A stretch of DNA of 64,000 nt from an uncultured Eubacteriales bacterium (GCA_905205975.1 CAJLFQ010000002.1:10134-74133), one strand, 5' to 3'; counted from the first letter of the stretch, positions 16,961-26,778 are shown. Notes: generated from the sequence alone by a model not told the origin. Translations and numbers: made by a program.

Positions 16961-17725
16961 ATGCACATTTTTGGAGAGAGCATCGCGGAAACGCTCCGCT
17001 ATGCAGAGGGCATTCTGCCCGCGCTGATGAACGGGTTCTGGGTGACGCTGAAGCTGTTCGTTTTGACGCTGGCGCTGTCGGTGCCGCTCGGCCTGCCGCT
17101 GGCGCTCGGCAGCATCTGCCGCGTTCCGCCGGTCCGCTGGATCTGCAAGGCCTACATCTGGATTTTCCGCGGGACGCCGCTGATGCTCCAGCTCTTTTTC
17201 TTTTACTTTTTTCTGCCCATCGCCTGCAACATCCGGCTGGACAGCTTTCCGACGGCGGTTATCACGTTCGTTTTGAACTATGCCGCCTATCTCGCGGAGA
17301 TTTACCGCGGCGGCATCGAGAGCATCGACCGCGGCCAATATGAGGCGGCGCAGTCGCTCGGGCTCAGCCGCCTGCGCACCATGTTCGGCATCATCCTTCC
17401 GCAGACGGTCAAGCGTGTGCTGCCCCCGGTGGCCAACGAAGCCATCACGCTCGTCAAGGATACGGCGCTGGTCTACGTCATCGGCGTCGGCGAATTGATG
17501 AAGGCGTCGCAGGGGGCGGTCAACCGCGACGCCAACGCGATGGCCTACCTGATTGCGGCCGTTCTGTATTTGATCTGCGCCTTCCTGCTGACGATGGTGA
17601 CCCGGCGGATCGAATCGCACTTTTCGCGGTATGAGGCGTCGGCGGAATCAGCCAATGCCAGCCAGCAGAAACGCCCGGCGCGCCGCTTCTGGAAGCGCCG
17701 CGCAGACGGCGAACCCCGGAGGTGA
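16961..17725 (+). CDS. Polar amino acid ABC transporter permease (His/Glu/Gln/Arg family)
   Basis: FWVTLKL..., [28 protein letters not shown] (EAA-loop) and ILPQ motifs. ATG 16961 has an upstream RBS. The track start at 16892 runs into repeat and promoter sequence. Confidence 0.85.
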   Translation: MHIFGESIAETLRYAEGILPALMNGFWVTLKLFVLTLALSVPLGLPLALGSICRVPPVRWICKAYIWIFRGTPLMLQLFFFYFFLPIACNIRLDSFPTAVITFVLNYAAYLAEIYRGGIESIDRGQYEAAQSLGLSRLRTMFGIILPQTVKRVLPPVANEAITLVKDTALVYVIGVGELMKASQGAVNRDANAMAYLIAAVLYLICAFLLTMVTRRIESHFSRYEASAESANASQQKRPARRFWKRRADGEPRR

Positions 17726-18516
17726 GCACAGTGGAAACAAACAAACAGGCGGAATACGTTCTGACCATGCAGGGCATCCGCAAACGGTATGCCAACTGCG
17801 AGGCGCTGCGCGGCGTCGATCTCTGCGTCAAAAAGGGCGAAACCGTCGCCATCATCGGCCCGTCCGGGTCAGGGAAATCGACGCTCCTGCGCTGCATCAA
17901 CTATTTGGAAAAAGTCTCGGCCGGCAAAATCGTCGTCAACGGCGATACGCTGGTCGAAACGAATGAATCGGGCCGGGTCTGTTATCCGAAAGACCGGGAA
18001 ATCCGACGCATCTGCACCGAAACGGGGATGGTTTTCCAGCATTTCAACCTGTTTCCGCACATGACGTGCGTGCAGAATATCAGCTATGCGCCGATCCGCG
18101 TCAAGCATCAGCCAAAAGAAGAGGCGGAGGCGCGCGCCTGCGCCCTGATGGAACTCGTCGGGCTCAAGGGCAAGGAAAACGTCTACCCGGCGCAGATTTC
18201 CGGCGGCCAGAAACAGCGCGTCGCTATTGCGCGCGGGTTGGCGATGAATCCGTCGCTCATGCTGTTCGACGAGCCGACCAGCGCGCTGGACCCGGAAATC
18301 ACGGGGGAGGTGCTGGCCGTCATGCGGCGGCTTGCCGAAGCGAAGACGACGATGATCGTCGTCACGCATGAGATGGGCTTTGCACGAGAAGTGGCCGACC
18401 GCGTGATCTTTATGGATAACGGCCGGATCGAAGAAGAGGGCACGCCGGACGAATTGTTTACGAATCCGAAGAGCAAACGCCTTCAGGCGTTTTTGAGCGC
18501 TACGCTGACGATCTGA
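17722..18516 (+). CDS. Amino acid ABC transporter ATP-binding protein
   Basis: Walker [11 protein letters not shown]-loop [11 protein letters not shown], signature [15 protein letters not shown], Walker [15 protein letters not shown] start overlaps the permease stop. Confidence 0.9.
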   Translation: MSTVETNKQAEYVLTMQGIRKRYANCEALRGVDLCVKKGETVAIIGPSGSGKSTLLRCINYLEKVSAGKIVVNGDTLVETNESGRVCYPKDREIRRICTETGMVFQHFNLFPHMTCVQNISYAPIRVKHQPKEEAEARACALMELVGLKGKENVYPAQISGGQKQRVAIARGLAMNPSLMLFDEPTSALDPEITGEVLAVMRRLAEAKTTMIVVTHEMGFAREVADRVIFMDNGRIEEEGTPDELFTNPKSKRLQAFLSATLTI

Positions 18517-18550
18517 ATGCAAATGCAAGGGCACCCGCATTTTGAAGCGG
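18517..18550 (+). terminator. Terminator after the ABC ATPase gene
   Basis: aagggcacccgc-attttgaa-gcggatgccctt followed by tt. Confidence 0.6.
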
Positions 18551-18639
18551 ATGCCCTTTTGGCGTGCGGCGGAGCCTGCGGGTTTGCGGCAGGTACATGA
18601 CAAGAGCCTGCGTCGCGATGAGAAGGAAGAAGGCGTTTT

Positions 18640-18795
18640 TTCCCCGGCGGATTTGGCGGATTTGCCTTTTCCCCGGCGGATCCCCGCGCTTCCACCTCAT
18701 CCGGTTCTTTGTTTTTCCCCGAAAAGCAAAGAACCACCTTCCCCTCGTAGGGGAAGGCTTTGATTCGCCGCAGCGCTTTCCTTCGCTTGCAGTCC
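18640..18795 (+). repeat. Family A variant 1 repeat, extended ~150-nt form
   Basis: Core ttccacctcatccggttctttgtttttccccgaaaagcaaagaaccaccttcccctcgtaggggaaggc (18690-18758). The flanks match the inverted copy at about 37695-37850 (ggatccccg.., gcgaaggaaagcgct..). Confidence 0.8.
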
Positions 18796-18800
18796 ACCTG

Positions 18801-19850
18801 CTACTTGGTCGTGGGTTCCAGCGTCGTACCGGGGTAATAGTGCGACAGAATGGCGGCGGCGCTGTGGCCGTCGGCGGCCATGACTTTCGCGCCGTTCTGG
18901 CTCATGCCGACGCCGTGACCATACCCTTCTGTTTCAAACCGGATGCGTCCCGCGCCTTGGGTCACGGTAAACGAGGCGCTGCGCAGACCGCAGAGCGCGC
19001 GCAGTTCGCCGCCGGTGACCGTGACGCCGCCGACGCGGATCGTCTGCACCAAACCGCCCGCCGTGCGGACTGCGTCGGTGAACCAGTCGGATCCGTCGCG
19101 CAGCACGGCCGACGGATGGCGGCTGCAAAACATCTGACGGAATTCGGCGCAGTCGAATACGACGGCATTCCGCCAGCCGTTCAGCGCGGATTCGCCAGCC
19201 GGTGCGTCGACGCTGACGAGATACGGAACTTCGCCGCCCCAGACGTCGGCGCTGCTGTTCGTCGTCCGCCCGGACATCGCGTGAAACACAGCAAGGATCG
19301 GCTCGCCTGCATAGGTGAGAATCTGCCCGGATGTGTCGGCGACGGCATTTCGGATGCGGTCGGCGTATGTCTGCCCCTGCTCGCCCCAGCCTGCCGCCAG
19401 CGCGTTGAGGTCGGCCAGCGCGCAGCAGTGCGCCGGGTTATCGCAGAGGACAGCCGCTTCATGCGCGGAAACCGGGTGTGCCGCGCGGTAGCAGATGTAT
19501 GTCCGCGCGGCGATGGCCTGCGCCTTGAGCGCCTCCGCCGGGTAAAGCGCCGGCATTTCGGCGGCGACAATGGCGGCGACGGTCTCGTCCAGCGTCATCT
19601 GCGTCTCGACGCCGTCCACCAGCACGGTGATGCGCGAAGTGGTTTCCGGCGCTTGGATGGGCTCTCCGGTATCCGCCGGTTCATCGGAAGCAGCGGGTGG
19701 TGCAACGGTGCTGGCGGAGGCGGCCGGCGTGCTGGGGGATGCAGTTGTTTCCAGTGCGGGCAGCGCGTCTGCCCGGCTGGAAAAGATGGCCAGCGGCAGC
19801 GCAAAGGATGCCGCCAGCAGGCATAAGGTGAAAATCAGGCTTCGTTTCAT
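18801..19850 (-). CDS. spoIID: SpoIID/LytB-domain stage II sporulation protein D
   Basis: Signal peptide; ALKAQAIAARTY, AVFHAMSGGRTTNS-like, VPYLVSVD and GYGHGVGMSQNGA motifs. Confidence 0.85.
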   Translation of the reverse strand: MKRSLIFTLCLLAASFALPLAIFSSRADALPALETTASPSTPAASASTVAPPAASDEPADTGEPIQAPETTSRITVLVDGVETQMTLDETVAAIVAAEMPALYPAEALKAQAIAARTYICYRAAHPVSAHEAAVLCDNPAHCCALADLNALAAGWGEQGQTYADRIRNAVADTSGQILTYAGEPILAVFHAMSGRTTNSSADVWGGEVPYLVSVDAPAGESALNGWRNAVVFDCAEFRQMFCSRHPSAVLRDGSDWFTDAVRTAGGLVQTIRVGGVTVTGGELRALCGLRSASFTVTQGAGRIRFETEGYGHGVGMSQNGAKVMAADGHSAAAILSHYYPGTTLEPTTK

Positions 19851-19942
19851 GTTTGTCTCCTCTTTTCGTATCGATGCCGCCGCAGGGCGGTCATTTCTTT
19901 ATATGCGCCGATGCGGAAAAACAGACCGCCCCGTGACCATAT

Positions 19943-19988
19943 GAAAAGAAAAACGCCCGCTGCACAGAAGCCTGTGCAGCGGGCGTTT
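19943..19988 (-). terminator. Terminator after the vWA-domain protein gene
   Basis: aaacgcccgctgcacag-aagc-ctgtgcagcgggcgttt. On the minus strand it is followed by tttttctttt. Confidence 0.75.
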
Positions 19989-20055
19989 CGCGCCTGCGCG
20001 GTGATTTGGAGAAATGCAAAAGTGAATGCAGAGATGGATGCGGCGAAGCGGCGCG

Positions 20056-22788
20056 CTATTGAATCGACGCGAGCAGCGCTTCAAAGTTGCCCGCCATGAC
20101 GTACGCCATATTCGGGCCGACCGAGTTGGTTTCTTCGTAGTGGCTGCGCCCCTGGCAGACCTTGTTGCCGTTGATATACGGCAGCGTCGGGTGCAGCAGG
20201 AAGTCGTTGGGCGGCACGACGTAGCCGGTCATATCGTTGGACAGACCGAAGACGATCAGGTCTTCGTTGTTTTCGCCGAACGTCTTGCCGTAACGGGCTG
20301 CGATTTCCACGAAGGTCTCCGGGTTCTCGGCATCCGGGTTGTGCGGGTCGGTTTCAATGCTGCCGGTGATTTCCGTCAGCAGACCGCCGTAGACGAGTTC
20401 CGGGAACATTTCGCCCGGCGTGAGGACGATGCTCTTCTTCCGGGCGCCGTCTTTCTGATAGAATTCAACCCAGCTCATCTCCGTCGTCGAGCAGAGCGGC
20501 AGATTCTGCTGCGTCATGCGGAAGTAGGACTGTGCGAACGAGGCAAGCGCATACCCGATCAGTTCACCTTCCGACAGACCGGAATCCTTGTAGCGGTTGT
20601 AGGCTGCGCGCATGTCGGCGAGCGCCGCAGCAAACTGCGCCGGATCGGCAAACCCGCGCGCGGTGCTGCGGATCCCGGTGGAAACGTCTTTCTGATAGAC
20701 GCGCGTGTCGATGATGCCGAGAGAGGCGACGAGACCGAGCAGATAGTTGTCGATCTGCGTTTCAAACGTGCGCGAGGTGAAGTTCAGCTTGGGCGCCAGC
20801 TCAAACTCGTTGTCCACGCTGACGGCCAGCTCGCCGACGCGGCGCCCTGTGACCTGCGTGATTTCCCAGAATTTATGCCGGTCGTTGCGCGGAACGAAGC
20901 TTTCCGGGTATTCGTGTTCCTTGGTTGTCCGGATCAGACCGCCGATGGCGCCGGTGAAGAACGCGAAATCGGCGTTGGCTTCGGTATCCAGATAATCGGC
21001 GAGCGGCGCTAAGAAGTCGGCGCTGGCGGCGGGGTTCGGGCCGTAGAGCGCTTCTACATGAACCGGCAGATGGAGCAGCCAGATTTCACGGCGGGAGGCG
21101 TCGTCCGGCGCGAAGCGGAACCGGGTCAGGATGTTGGCGTTTTCGGTCACATAGGGGTAGCGCGTATCTTCCGGGAGCGGGCAGCCGTATTCGGTCTGGC
21201 TGCGGGCGTCGGCGCTGCCGGCATACAGACGGCCCGTGGTACGCGATTCGTAGGCGGCGATGGCGGCGTTTTTCACGGCGTTTTCAACCTGTTCCATATG
21301 GGACGGGTCTTTGGCGTCGAGCAGGAGCTTGCCCCACATGCCGAACGTATCGACCATGGCGTGGTTGTGGTCGCACATGATGTGGATTTCACGGATGTTG
21401 TTTTCGTGGGCAAAGACGGCCAGACTGTCGCGCATTTCGTTGACGGTCGAGCGGCTCATGCCGACGGATTCAACGGCGATCAGCAGGACGCCGCCGCGGC
21501 CGGTGTTGTCGTCGAGGTAGATGGCGCGGGCGTATGCCTGATCGATCCAGCCGAGGCAGGGCTTATCGTTGCCGTAGCCGGCCATCCAGTAGCGCGTCTG
21601 CGGCAGCGACCAGACGGGCAGCGCTTCCTGGAAAGCGGCGACTGCATCGGCTTCACCGTCGGTGCCCAGCGCGGATTCGAGCGCCGCACAGGCTTCTGCG
21701 ACGGAAGCGGCATAGGCGGCGTAATCCGCGTCAAACGTTGCGGCGCAGGCTGCGACGGTTTCCGGGTTGAACGGCGGATCCAGCGGCAGCACGCGGTTCA
21801 AAAACGATTTCCACGAGGTTTTCAGCGCGGCGCGCGCATCTGCCGGATAGGCGGCGTACGCCGTGTCAATGGCGAGATAGGCGTCCATCGCCGTGCGGAG
21901 CGTACCGGTCAGCGCGGCGGGATCAAACGACAGGTCTTCGCCGAAAATCGAGCGGTCATAGAGCGCGTTTTCCGGCAGATCCGAAGGACGGTAGCTTAAG
22001 AAGGGGAGGTCGGAGGGGATGATGCTTTCTTTCCCGAAGCCGGCTGTCCACGTTGACCCCGCGGAGACGGTGTCAAAACCGGTTTCTGCAAACAGCGCGG
22101 CACAGATTTCGGCGCCGGACGCGGTCTGCTGGAAATACCCTTTGTTCTGCGCGGCGCAGAGCAGCTTTTCGCTGCGGGAGCCGCTTTCAACCGCGATGCC
22201 GGCCGACACGATGTCGATGCCCCAGTCGCGCATCAGGTGGGCCTGATCGAGCGCCGCGTCCACAGCGGCATCCGTTTCAAACAGGCCGGTGCCAAGCGTC
22301 TGGGTGTCCGTCGGGTCACAGTAGTACTGCGCCTTGCCTGCGCTGATGAGCACGACGGCCTGCTTGACGCCGGAACGGCCCTCGGTCTGGAGCAGATCCG
22401 TCGCCGCCAGCAGGGCGGCTTCTACGTTGGCTTTCTCGCTGGAACGGAGAATGGTGGTGACGGTTGATTTCAGAAGCGTACGGTTTTTGCTGAAGGTGCG
22501 TGCGACGGCCGCTTCTTTGTCGAATGCGACAATAGCGACGCGGCTGCTGTCATTGCCGGAGAGGACAGCGTCAATCACGCTTTGGGCCAGGCTGCGCGCC
22601 GGGCGCATTTTCCGCACATAGGTGGAGGAATGCAGTGCTTGGGAACGGAACTCTTCATTCATGTTGTCGGAGCGGTCGAGCAGGATGACGACATCCGCGG
22701 GGTCGGTGCCGCTGTCGGCGACGGCGCAGGGCAGAATGCCTGCCAGCATCACACAGACCAGCAGGAGGCTCAGGAGACGTTTTCGCAT
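20056..22788 (-). CDS. Large secreted protein: N-terminal vWA domain fused to a neutral-ceramidase-like hydrolase domain (tentative)
   Basis: Signal peptide MRKRLLSLLLVCVMLAGILPCAVA. vWA-like DVVILLDRSDNM...VAIVAFD. Later MAGYGNDKPCLGWIDQAYARAIYLDD..GVLLIAVESVG...IMCDHNHAMVD resembles the ceramidase N-terminal pattern. Coding is certain, function is not. Confidence 0.6.
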   Translation of the reverse strand: MRKRLLSLLLVCVMLAGILPCAVADSGTDPADVVILLDRSDNMNEEFRSQALHSSTYVRKMRPARSLAQSVIDAVLSGNDSSRVAIVAFDKEAAVARTFSKNRTLLKSTVTTILRSSEKANVEAALLAATDLLQTEGRSGVKQAVVLISAGKAQYYCDPTDTQTLGTGLFETDAAVDAALDQAHLMRDWGIDIVSAGIAVESGSRSEKLLCAAQNKGYFQQTASGAEICAALFAETGFDTVSAGSTWTAGFGKESIIPSDLPFLSYRPSDLPENALYDRSIFGEDLSFDPAALTGTLRTAMDAYLAIDTAYAAYPADARAALKTSWKSFLNRVLPLDPPFNPETVAACAATFDADYAAYAASVAEACAALESALGTDGEADAVAAFQEALPVWSLPQTRYWMAGYGNDKPCLGWIDQAYARAIYLDDNTGRGGVLLIAVESVGMSRSTVNEMRDSLAVFAHENNIREIHIMCDHNHAMVDTFGMWGKLLLDAKDPSHMEQVENAVKNAAIAAYESRTTGRLYAGSADARSQTEYGCPLPEDTRYPYVTENANILTRFRFAPDDASRREIWLLHLPVHVEALYGPNPAASADFLAPLADYLDTEANADFAFFTGAIGGLIRTTKEHEYPESFVPRNDRHKFWEITQVTGRRVGELAVSVDNEFELAPKLNFTSRTFETQIDNYLLGLVASLGIIDTRVYQKDVSTGIRSTARGFADPAQFAAALADMRAAYNRYKDSGLSEGELIGYALASFAQSYFRMTQQNLPLCSTTEMSWVEFYQKDGARKKSIVLTPGEMFPELVYGGLLTEITGSIETDPHNPDAENPETFVEIAARYGKTFGENNEDLIVFGLSNDMTGYVVPPNDFLLHPTLPYINGNKVCQGRSHYEETNSVGPNMAYVMAGNFEALLASIQ

Positions 22789-22984
22789 GGGGATTCCTCA
22801 CTTTCTTCAAGTAAAATGTTCCCCGGAAGGGCCGGGGATGCGCGGAGATTGTGGACACTCATAAGATACCATAAAATGCGCAAACTTGCAACCGCATTCT
22901 GTCGAAAAAAGGGAAATACGCGTTTTTTTTTCAGCCGATTTATGGAGGCCTGCAAAAATAATCCGGAAAGTGCGGCTGTATGTC

Positions 22985-23013
22985 TTGACAAAATGCCCAA
23001 ACGACGGTAAAAT
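22985..23013 (+). promoter_or_regulatory. sigma-A type promoter upstream of rny
   Basis: TTGACA, 17-nt spacer, TAAAAT. Confidence 0.55.
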
Positions 23014-23032
23014 ATATATGTATGATAAAATC

Positions 23033-23084
23033 AGGCGGCAGAGTGGGGCGCGGAAGCGCCGTTGATCCGCAGCCGCCTTTTTTG
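23033..23084 (+). terminator. Promoter-proximal terminator-like hairpin in the rny leader
   Basis: aggcggc...(inner gcgcggaagcgc hairpin)...gccgcct followed by tttttg. Lies about 15-20 nt after the predicted TSS. Confidence 0.5.
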
Positions 23085-23331
23085 TTCGGAGTCGTGTTTT
23101 TCGATTGATCGATTTTCTGATACAGTCCGTTTTTCCGGAAGGCGCCCTGCGTTTTCCGTTTCTTTGATGGAATGCCGTTCCGATTTTGCCGGTTCGGCCG
23201 TTGTGTTTTGCGAATGTACCATAGCGCAGCGTGTAGCATATCACGGCGCGGGCAGCTTTGCCGGCGCCTCATGGCAGAAAACACCGCTCCGGTTTGTCAT
23301 AACTTTTTACAGAGAGGTGTTTGATAGATCT

Positions 23332-24885
23332 ATGGACTGGCTGCTGAAATATGTCCTGCCGGCGCTTGCTGTGCTTGTCGCCGTCGGCGGCGGCTTCTTT
23401 CTGGGCATCTTGTACCGGAAAAAGATCGGAGAAAAAGAAATCGGCAGCGCCGAAGAAGAATCCCGGCGCATTCTGAACGAGGCCATCAAAACGGCGGAGG
23501 CCAAAAAGCGCGAAGCGCTGATCGAAGCAAAAGAAGAAATTCTCAAAGCCCGCAACGAACAAGACCGCGAATTTAAGGAACGCCGCGCAGAAATCCAGAA
23601 ACAGGAACGCCGCGTGGCACAGAAAGACGAAACGCTTGACAAAAAGCTCGACAACGTCGATAAAAAAGAAGAAAACCTGAACCGCAAACTCAAAGAAGCC
23701 GACAAAAAACTGGAAGAGGCCGAAGCCCTGAAGGCCAGCCAGATGGAAGTCCTGGAGAAAATCTCCGGCTATACCGTTGAAGAAGCCAAAGCATACATCC
23801 TGCAAACCGTGGAATCCGAAGCGAAACACGACGTTGCGCTGAAGCTCCGCGAAATCGACCAGAACCTCCGCGAAGACGCGGAAAAGAAGGCCAAAGAAAT
23901 CATTTCGCTGGCCATCCAGAAATGCTCCTCCGACTACGTCACCGAGGCGACGGTTTCGGTTGTTCCGCTCCCGAATGACGAGATGAAGGGCCGCATCATC
24001 GGCCGTGAAGGCCGCAACATCCGCGCCATCGAAACGGCGACGGGCGTTGACCTCATCATTGACGATACGCCGGAAGCCATCACGCTTTCGTGCTTTGACC
24101 CGATCCGCCGGGAAATTGCCCGCCAGACGCTGGAAAAGCTGATTTCCGACGGCCGGATTCACCCGGCCCGCATCGAAGAAACGGTCGAAAAAGCGCGCAA
24201 GGAAGTCGAACAAACCATCAAATCAGAAGGCGAACGCGCCGTTTTTGAAGCGGGTGTTCACGGCGTTCACCCCGAGCTCATCAAGATCCTCGGCCGTCTC
24301 CGCTTCCGGACGAGCTATGGGCAGAACGTTCTGCGCCATTCCATCGAAGTGGCGCATTTGGCCGGCCACATGGCGGCGGAACTGGGCGTCGATACGACGC
24401 TGGCAAAGCGCGCCGGCCTGCTGCACGACATCGGCAAAGCCGTTGACCACGAGGTCGAGGGCACGCATGTCGCCATCGGCGTTGACATCGCCAAAAAATT
24501 CAAGGAAAACCCGGAAGTGATTCACGCCATCGAGGCGCACCACGGCGACGTGGAACCGCATTCGATCATTGCCTTTATCGTCGACGCCGCCGACGATATC
24601 TCAGCGGCCCGTCCGGGCGCCCGCCGCGAAAACCTCGAGGCTTACATCCGCCGTCTGGAACGTCTGGAAGAGATTTCCAACTCCTTCCCGGGCGTCGAGC
24701 GTTCGTTTGCCATTCAGGCCGGCCGCGAGGTGCGCATTATGGTCAAGCCGGAAGAAGTCAGCGACGACAATATGGTGTTGCTGGCGCACGACTTGGCGAA
24801 GAAGATCGAAAACGATCTCGAATACCCCGGCCAGATCAAAATCAGCATGATCCGCGAAACCCGCGCAGTCGATTACGCGAAGTAA
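23332..24885 (+). CDS. rny: Ribonuclease Y
   Basis: N-terminal TM helix, coiled-coil K/E-rich region, KH domain ([13 protein letters not shown]) and HD domain ([17 protein letters not shown]). Start at MDWLLKY. The track start at 23062 is upstream leader sequence. Confidence 0.95.
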   Translation: MDWLLKYVLPALAVLVAVGGGFFLGILYRKKIGEKEIGSAEEESRRILNEAIKTAEAKKREALIEAKEEILKARNEQDREFKERRAEIQKQERRVAQKDETLDKKLDNVDKKEENLNRKLKEADKKLEEAEALKASQMEVLEKISGYTVEEAKAYILQTVESEAKHDVALKLREIDQNLREDAEKKAKEIISLAIQKCSSDYVTEATVSVVPLPNDEMKGRIIGREGRNIRAIETATGVDLIIDDTPEAITLSCFDPIRREIARQTLEKLISDGRIHPARIEETVEKARKEVEQTIKSEGERAVFEAGVHGVHPELIKILGRLRFRTSYGQNVLRHSIEVAHLAGHMAAELGVDTTLAKRAGLLHDIGKAVDHEVEGTHVAIGVDIAKKFKENPEVIHAIEAHHGDVEPHSIIAFIVDAADDISAARPGARRENLEAYIRRLERLEEISNSFPGVERSFAIQAGREVRIMVKPEEVSDDNMVLLAHDLAKKIENDLEYPGQIKISMIRETRAVDYAK

Positions 24886-24917
24886 ACCGCGAACCGCGCG
24901 TCAAACGCAAACCAATC

Positions 24918-24953
24918 AAATGCCCCGTCAGACGTGGTCTGACGGGGCATTTC
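24918..24953. terminator. Bidirectional terminator between rny and the CBS gene
   Basis: aaatgccccgtcagac-gtg-gtctgacggggcattt. Confidence 0.8.
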
Positions 24954-25002
24954 TGCGCTTTGCAGAGCGGGCGGAAGAGCAGCCGGGGGAAAAACAGGTT
25001 TC

Positions 25003-25422
25003 CTACATCGGCTCGGAGATTTTGGAGAGCGCAAGACAGGCCTCCATATCGCAGCTGCGCGCGCGGGCGATATCCGCAAGAGAGAGGATGCCGACCAGCT
25101 GCTGGCTGCGCGTGACCGGCAGGCGGCGGACGCGGTGCTCCGACATGAGCGAAGCCGCCTCGCGCACATCGGCCTCCGGCGAAACGGTGACGACGCCGCG
25201 GGACATGACGTCGCCGACGGTCAGCTCGCCGAGCGGGGCATCGCGCGCGACGCTCCGCGTCAGCATATCGCGGTCGGTGACGATGCCGCAGAGCCTGCCG
25301 CCGTCGTGCGTGACGGGCAGGACGCCGACGCGGTAGTGCGTCAGCAGCTGAACAGCATGGCTGAGCGGCGTCTCCGGCGAAACGGTGACGACATTGGAAT
25401 TCATAAGTGCGCCGACAAGCAT
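25003..25422 (-). CDS. CBS-domain pair protein
   Basis: Two CBS repeats (VVTVSPETPL...GVLPV..GIVTDRD and VVTVSPEADV...RRLPV..GILSLADI). GGAGG RBS before ATG 25422. The longer track ORF is unsupported. Confidence 0.8.
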   Translation of the reverse strand: MLVGALMNSNVVTVSPETPLSHAVQLLTHYRVGVLPVTHDGGRLCGIVTDRDMLTRSVARDAPLGELTVGDVMSRGVVTVSPEADVREAASLMSEHRVRRLPVTRSQQLVGILSLADIARARSCDMEACLALSKISEPM

Positions 25423-25553
25423 GGATTTCAAACCTCCGGAATCAAACTGGCAGTTCATAGCGATAGTATGGCGCAGAAACGCGCGCTTGATGCAAAAATC
25501 CCCCGGATTTTTTGAAAATCCGGGGGATGAACGGCGCGGTGCGGGGAAGCGGA

Positions 25554-26663
25554 TCAATCGGCGGTCAGCTCGGAAAGGCGCAGATAGGTGGGCGAATCCG
25601 CCGAACAGAGACGGAACAGCGCGGGCAGAATGGCGGCGGCTTGATTGCCGGGCAGAACGAGGATATCGCTGCCGGTGTCGAGCCGCGCATGCGCCTGTAT
25701 CAGCTCAGAGCGGGTGTTTGCAGTGAACGTGAACCCGGCCGTCACCGGGCAGTAGCCCGCCGCAGCAAGCGCCTCCGACGTGTCACTGCCGGGGTCGTCG
25801 AGAAAGAGAACGACGCGTGCGGTCTCGCGGGCGGATTCAAACAGGTCGCGGTTGGCCTCGTCCAGCGCGGCTGAGGCAGTCCCGATGTCTCCGGCCAGCA
25901 CAAACGCATGGCCTTCCACTGCGGCGCGGCGCAGCAGCGCGCCGTTCTGCGCGATTTCAAACGGCGTCACCCGGAAAACCGCGTGAACCGAGGCGGTTCG
26001 CAGTGCCGCAAGGACGGCTTCCAGATTGCTCAGACCGTCGATGACCAAACTGACGTCATACTGCCGGGGCGGCTCTGTCTGCGGCGGCGTCGTTGTGACA
26101 GAACTGCCGGGACGCGATGTGCCTGGGGAAGACGAACGGTATTTTTCCAGCAGCGGGGACGCAGCGGACGCATAGTAGCGCAGGAAGGATTCGTCGGACA
26201 TGACGTCGTCATCCGGGAAAGAGAGCCGGGCAAACGGCGCGGGATCGGCGGCAAAGTACCGGTCGACCAGACCGAGGCGGTCGGCGGTGAAGGAGAAGGG
26301 GACAAAGCAGACGCTGCCCTTCCAGACGGCCGCGGCGTGATAGGAACCGTCGCTGTCGGCGGCGGTTCCGGAGGCGGTGTCAAAATAGAGGATGCGGCCG
26401 GATTTGAGGTTGGAGAGGATGACCAGCGTGGACTGATTGGTGCAGGTCAGACCGAGCGCCGTAAACATCGAGACGGGGACATACAGCGTCGAACCGGAAA
26501 AATAGGGCATGGTTTCCCGCTTGGGTTCGTTGATGCGGTACCCTGTGACTGTGAGGATGACGGTATCTTCCGCCGAAACGGTCAGCGCCAGACGAAGCGA
26601 GAACGCCGAAACGAGCAGCGCTGCGGCAAACAGCGCGAAAATCAGACGGGTGGAACGTTTCAC
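25554..26663 (-). CDS. Secreted hypothetical protein (N-terminal beta-rich stalk-like domain; C-terminal region weakly NodB/deacetylase-like without catalytic motifs)
   Basis: Signal peptide MKRSTRLIFALFAAALLVSAFS. VSLVIDG and HAVFRVTP only loosely resemble the NodB motifs TFDDG / ATFF. Function unknown. Confidence 0.55.
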   Translation of the reverse strand: MKRSTRLIFALFAAALLVSAFSLRLALTVSAEDTVILTVTGYRINEPKRETMPYFSGSTLYVPVSMFTALGLTCTNQSTLVILSNLKSGRILYFDTASGTAADSDGSYHAAAVWKGSVCFVPFSFTADRLGLVDRYFAADPAPFARLSFPDDDVMSDESFLRYYASAASPLLEKYRSSSPGTSRPGSSVTTTPPQTEPPRQYDVSLVIDGLSNLEAVLAALRTASVHAVFRVTPFEIAQNGALLRRAAVEGHAFVLAGDIGTASAALDEANRDLFESARETARVVLFLDDPGSDTSEALAAAGYCPVTAGFTFTANTRSELIQAHARLDTGSDILVLPGNQAAAILPALFRLCSADSPTYLRLSELTAD

Positions 26664-26778
26664 GGGGCGCCTCCTTTCAGAACCGGCTCAGAACCGGCGT
26701 CAGAACTTGAAATCAGATTCTATTTTACGCGTTTTCCGCCCGGATGTCAAGGTCTTTCAGCGGTGGAAAAGAATACAT

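Noticed and set aside
16315-16983. ORFs reading through the 16.4-16.9 kb spacer (16315-16890, 16410-16694, 16654-16983 and others). Similar ORFs occur at 18564-19826, 37508-38018, 39250-40524 and 49154-49514.
   Set aside because: They are built from the hairpin repeats, and the same peptide fragments appear in both orientations (for example KTIFRENRFRRMRS, PSPTRGRW). They lack RBSs and cross promoters and terminators. The 18564-19826 and 39250-40524 ORFs additionally run antisense to spoIID and to the beta-helix gene.
16536-18758. Possibility that the repeated hairpin elements form a CRISPR array.
   Set aside because: The copies occur in both orientations and at irregular distances of 85 nt to many kb. 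They are longer than CRISPR repeats and contain two internal hairpins. There is no regular repeat-spacer periodicity and no cas genes.
20026-21999. Plus-strand ORFs 20026-21012 and 21058-21999 (328 and 313 aa).
   Set aside because: They are antisense shadows of the 910-aa vWA/ceramidase-like gene and show the same low-complexity R/A/G/V composition.
23062-23331. Upstream extension of the rny ORF (track start 23062).
   Set aside because: The extension translates promoter and terminator-hairpin sequence and lacks an RBS. RNase Y homologues begin with the TM helix found at MDWLLKY (23332).
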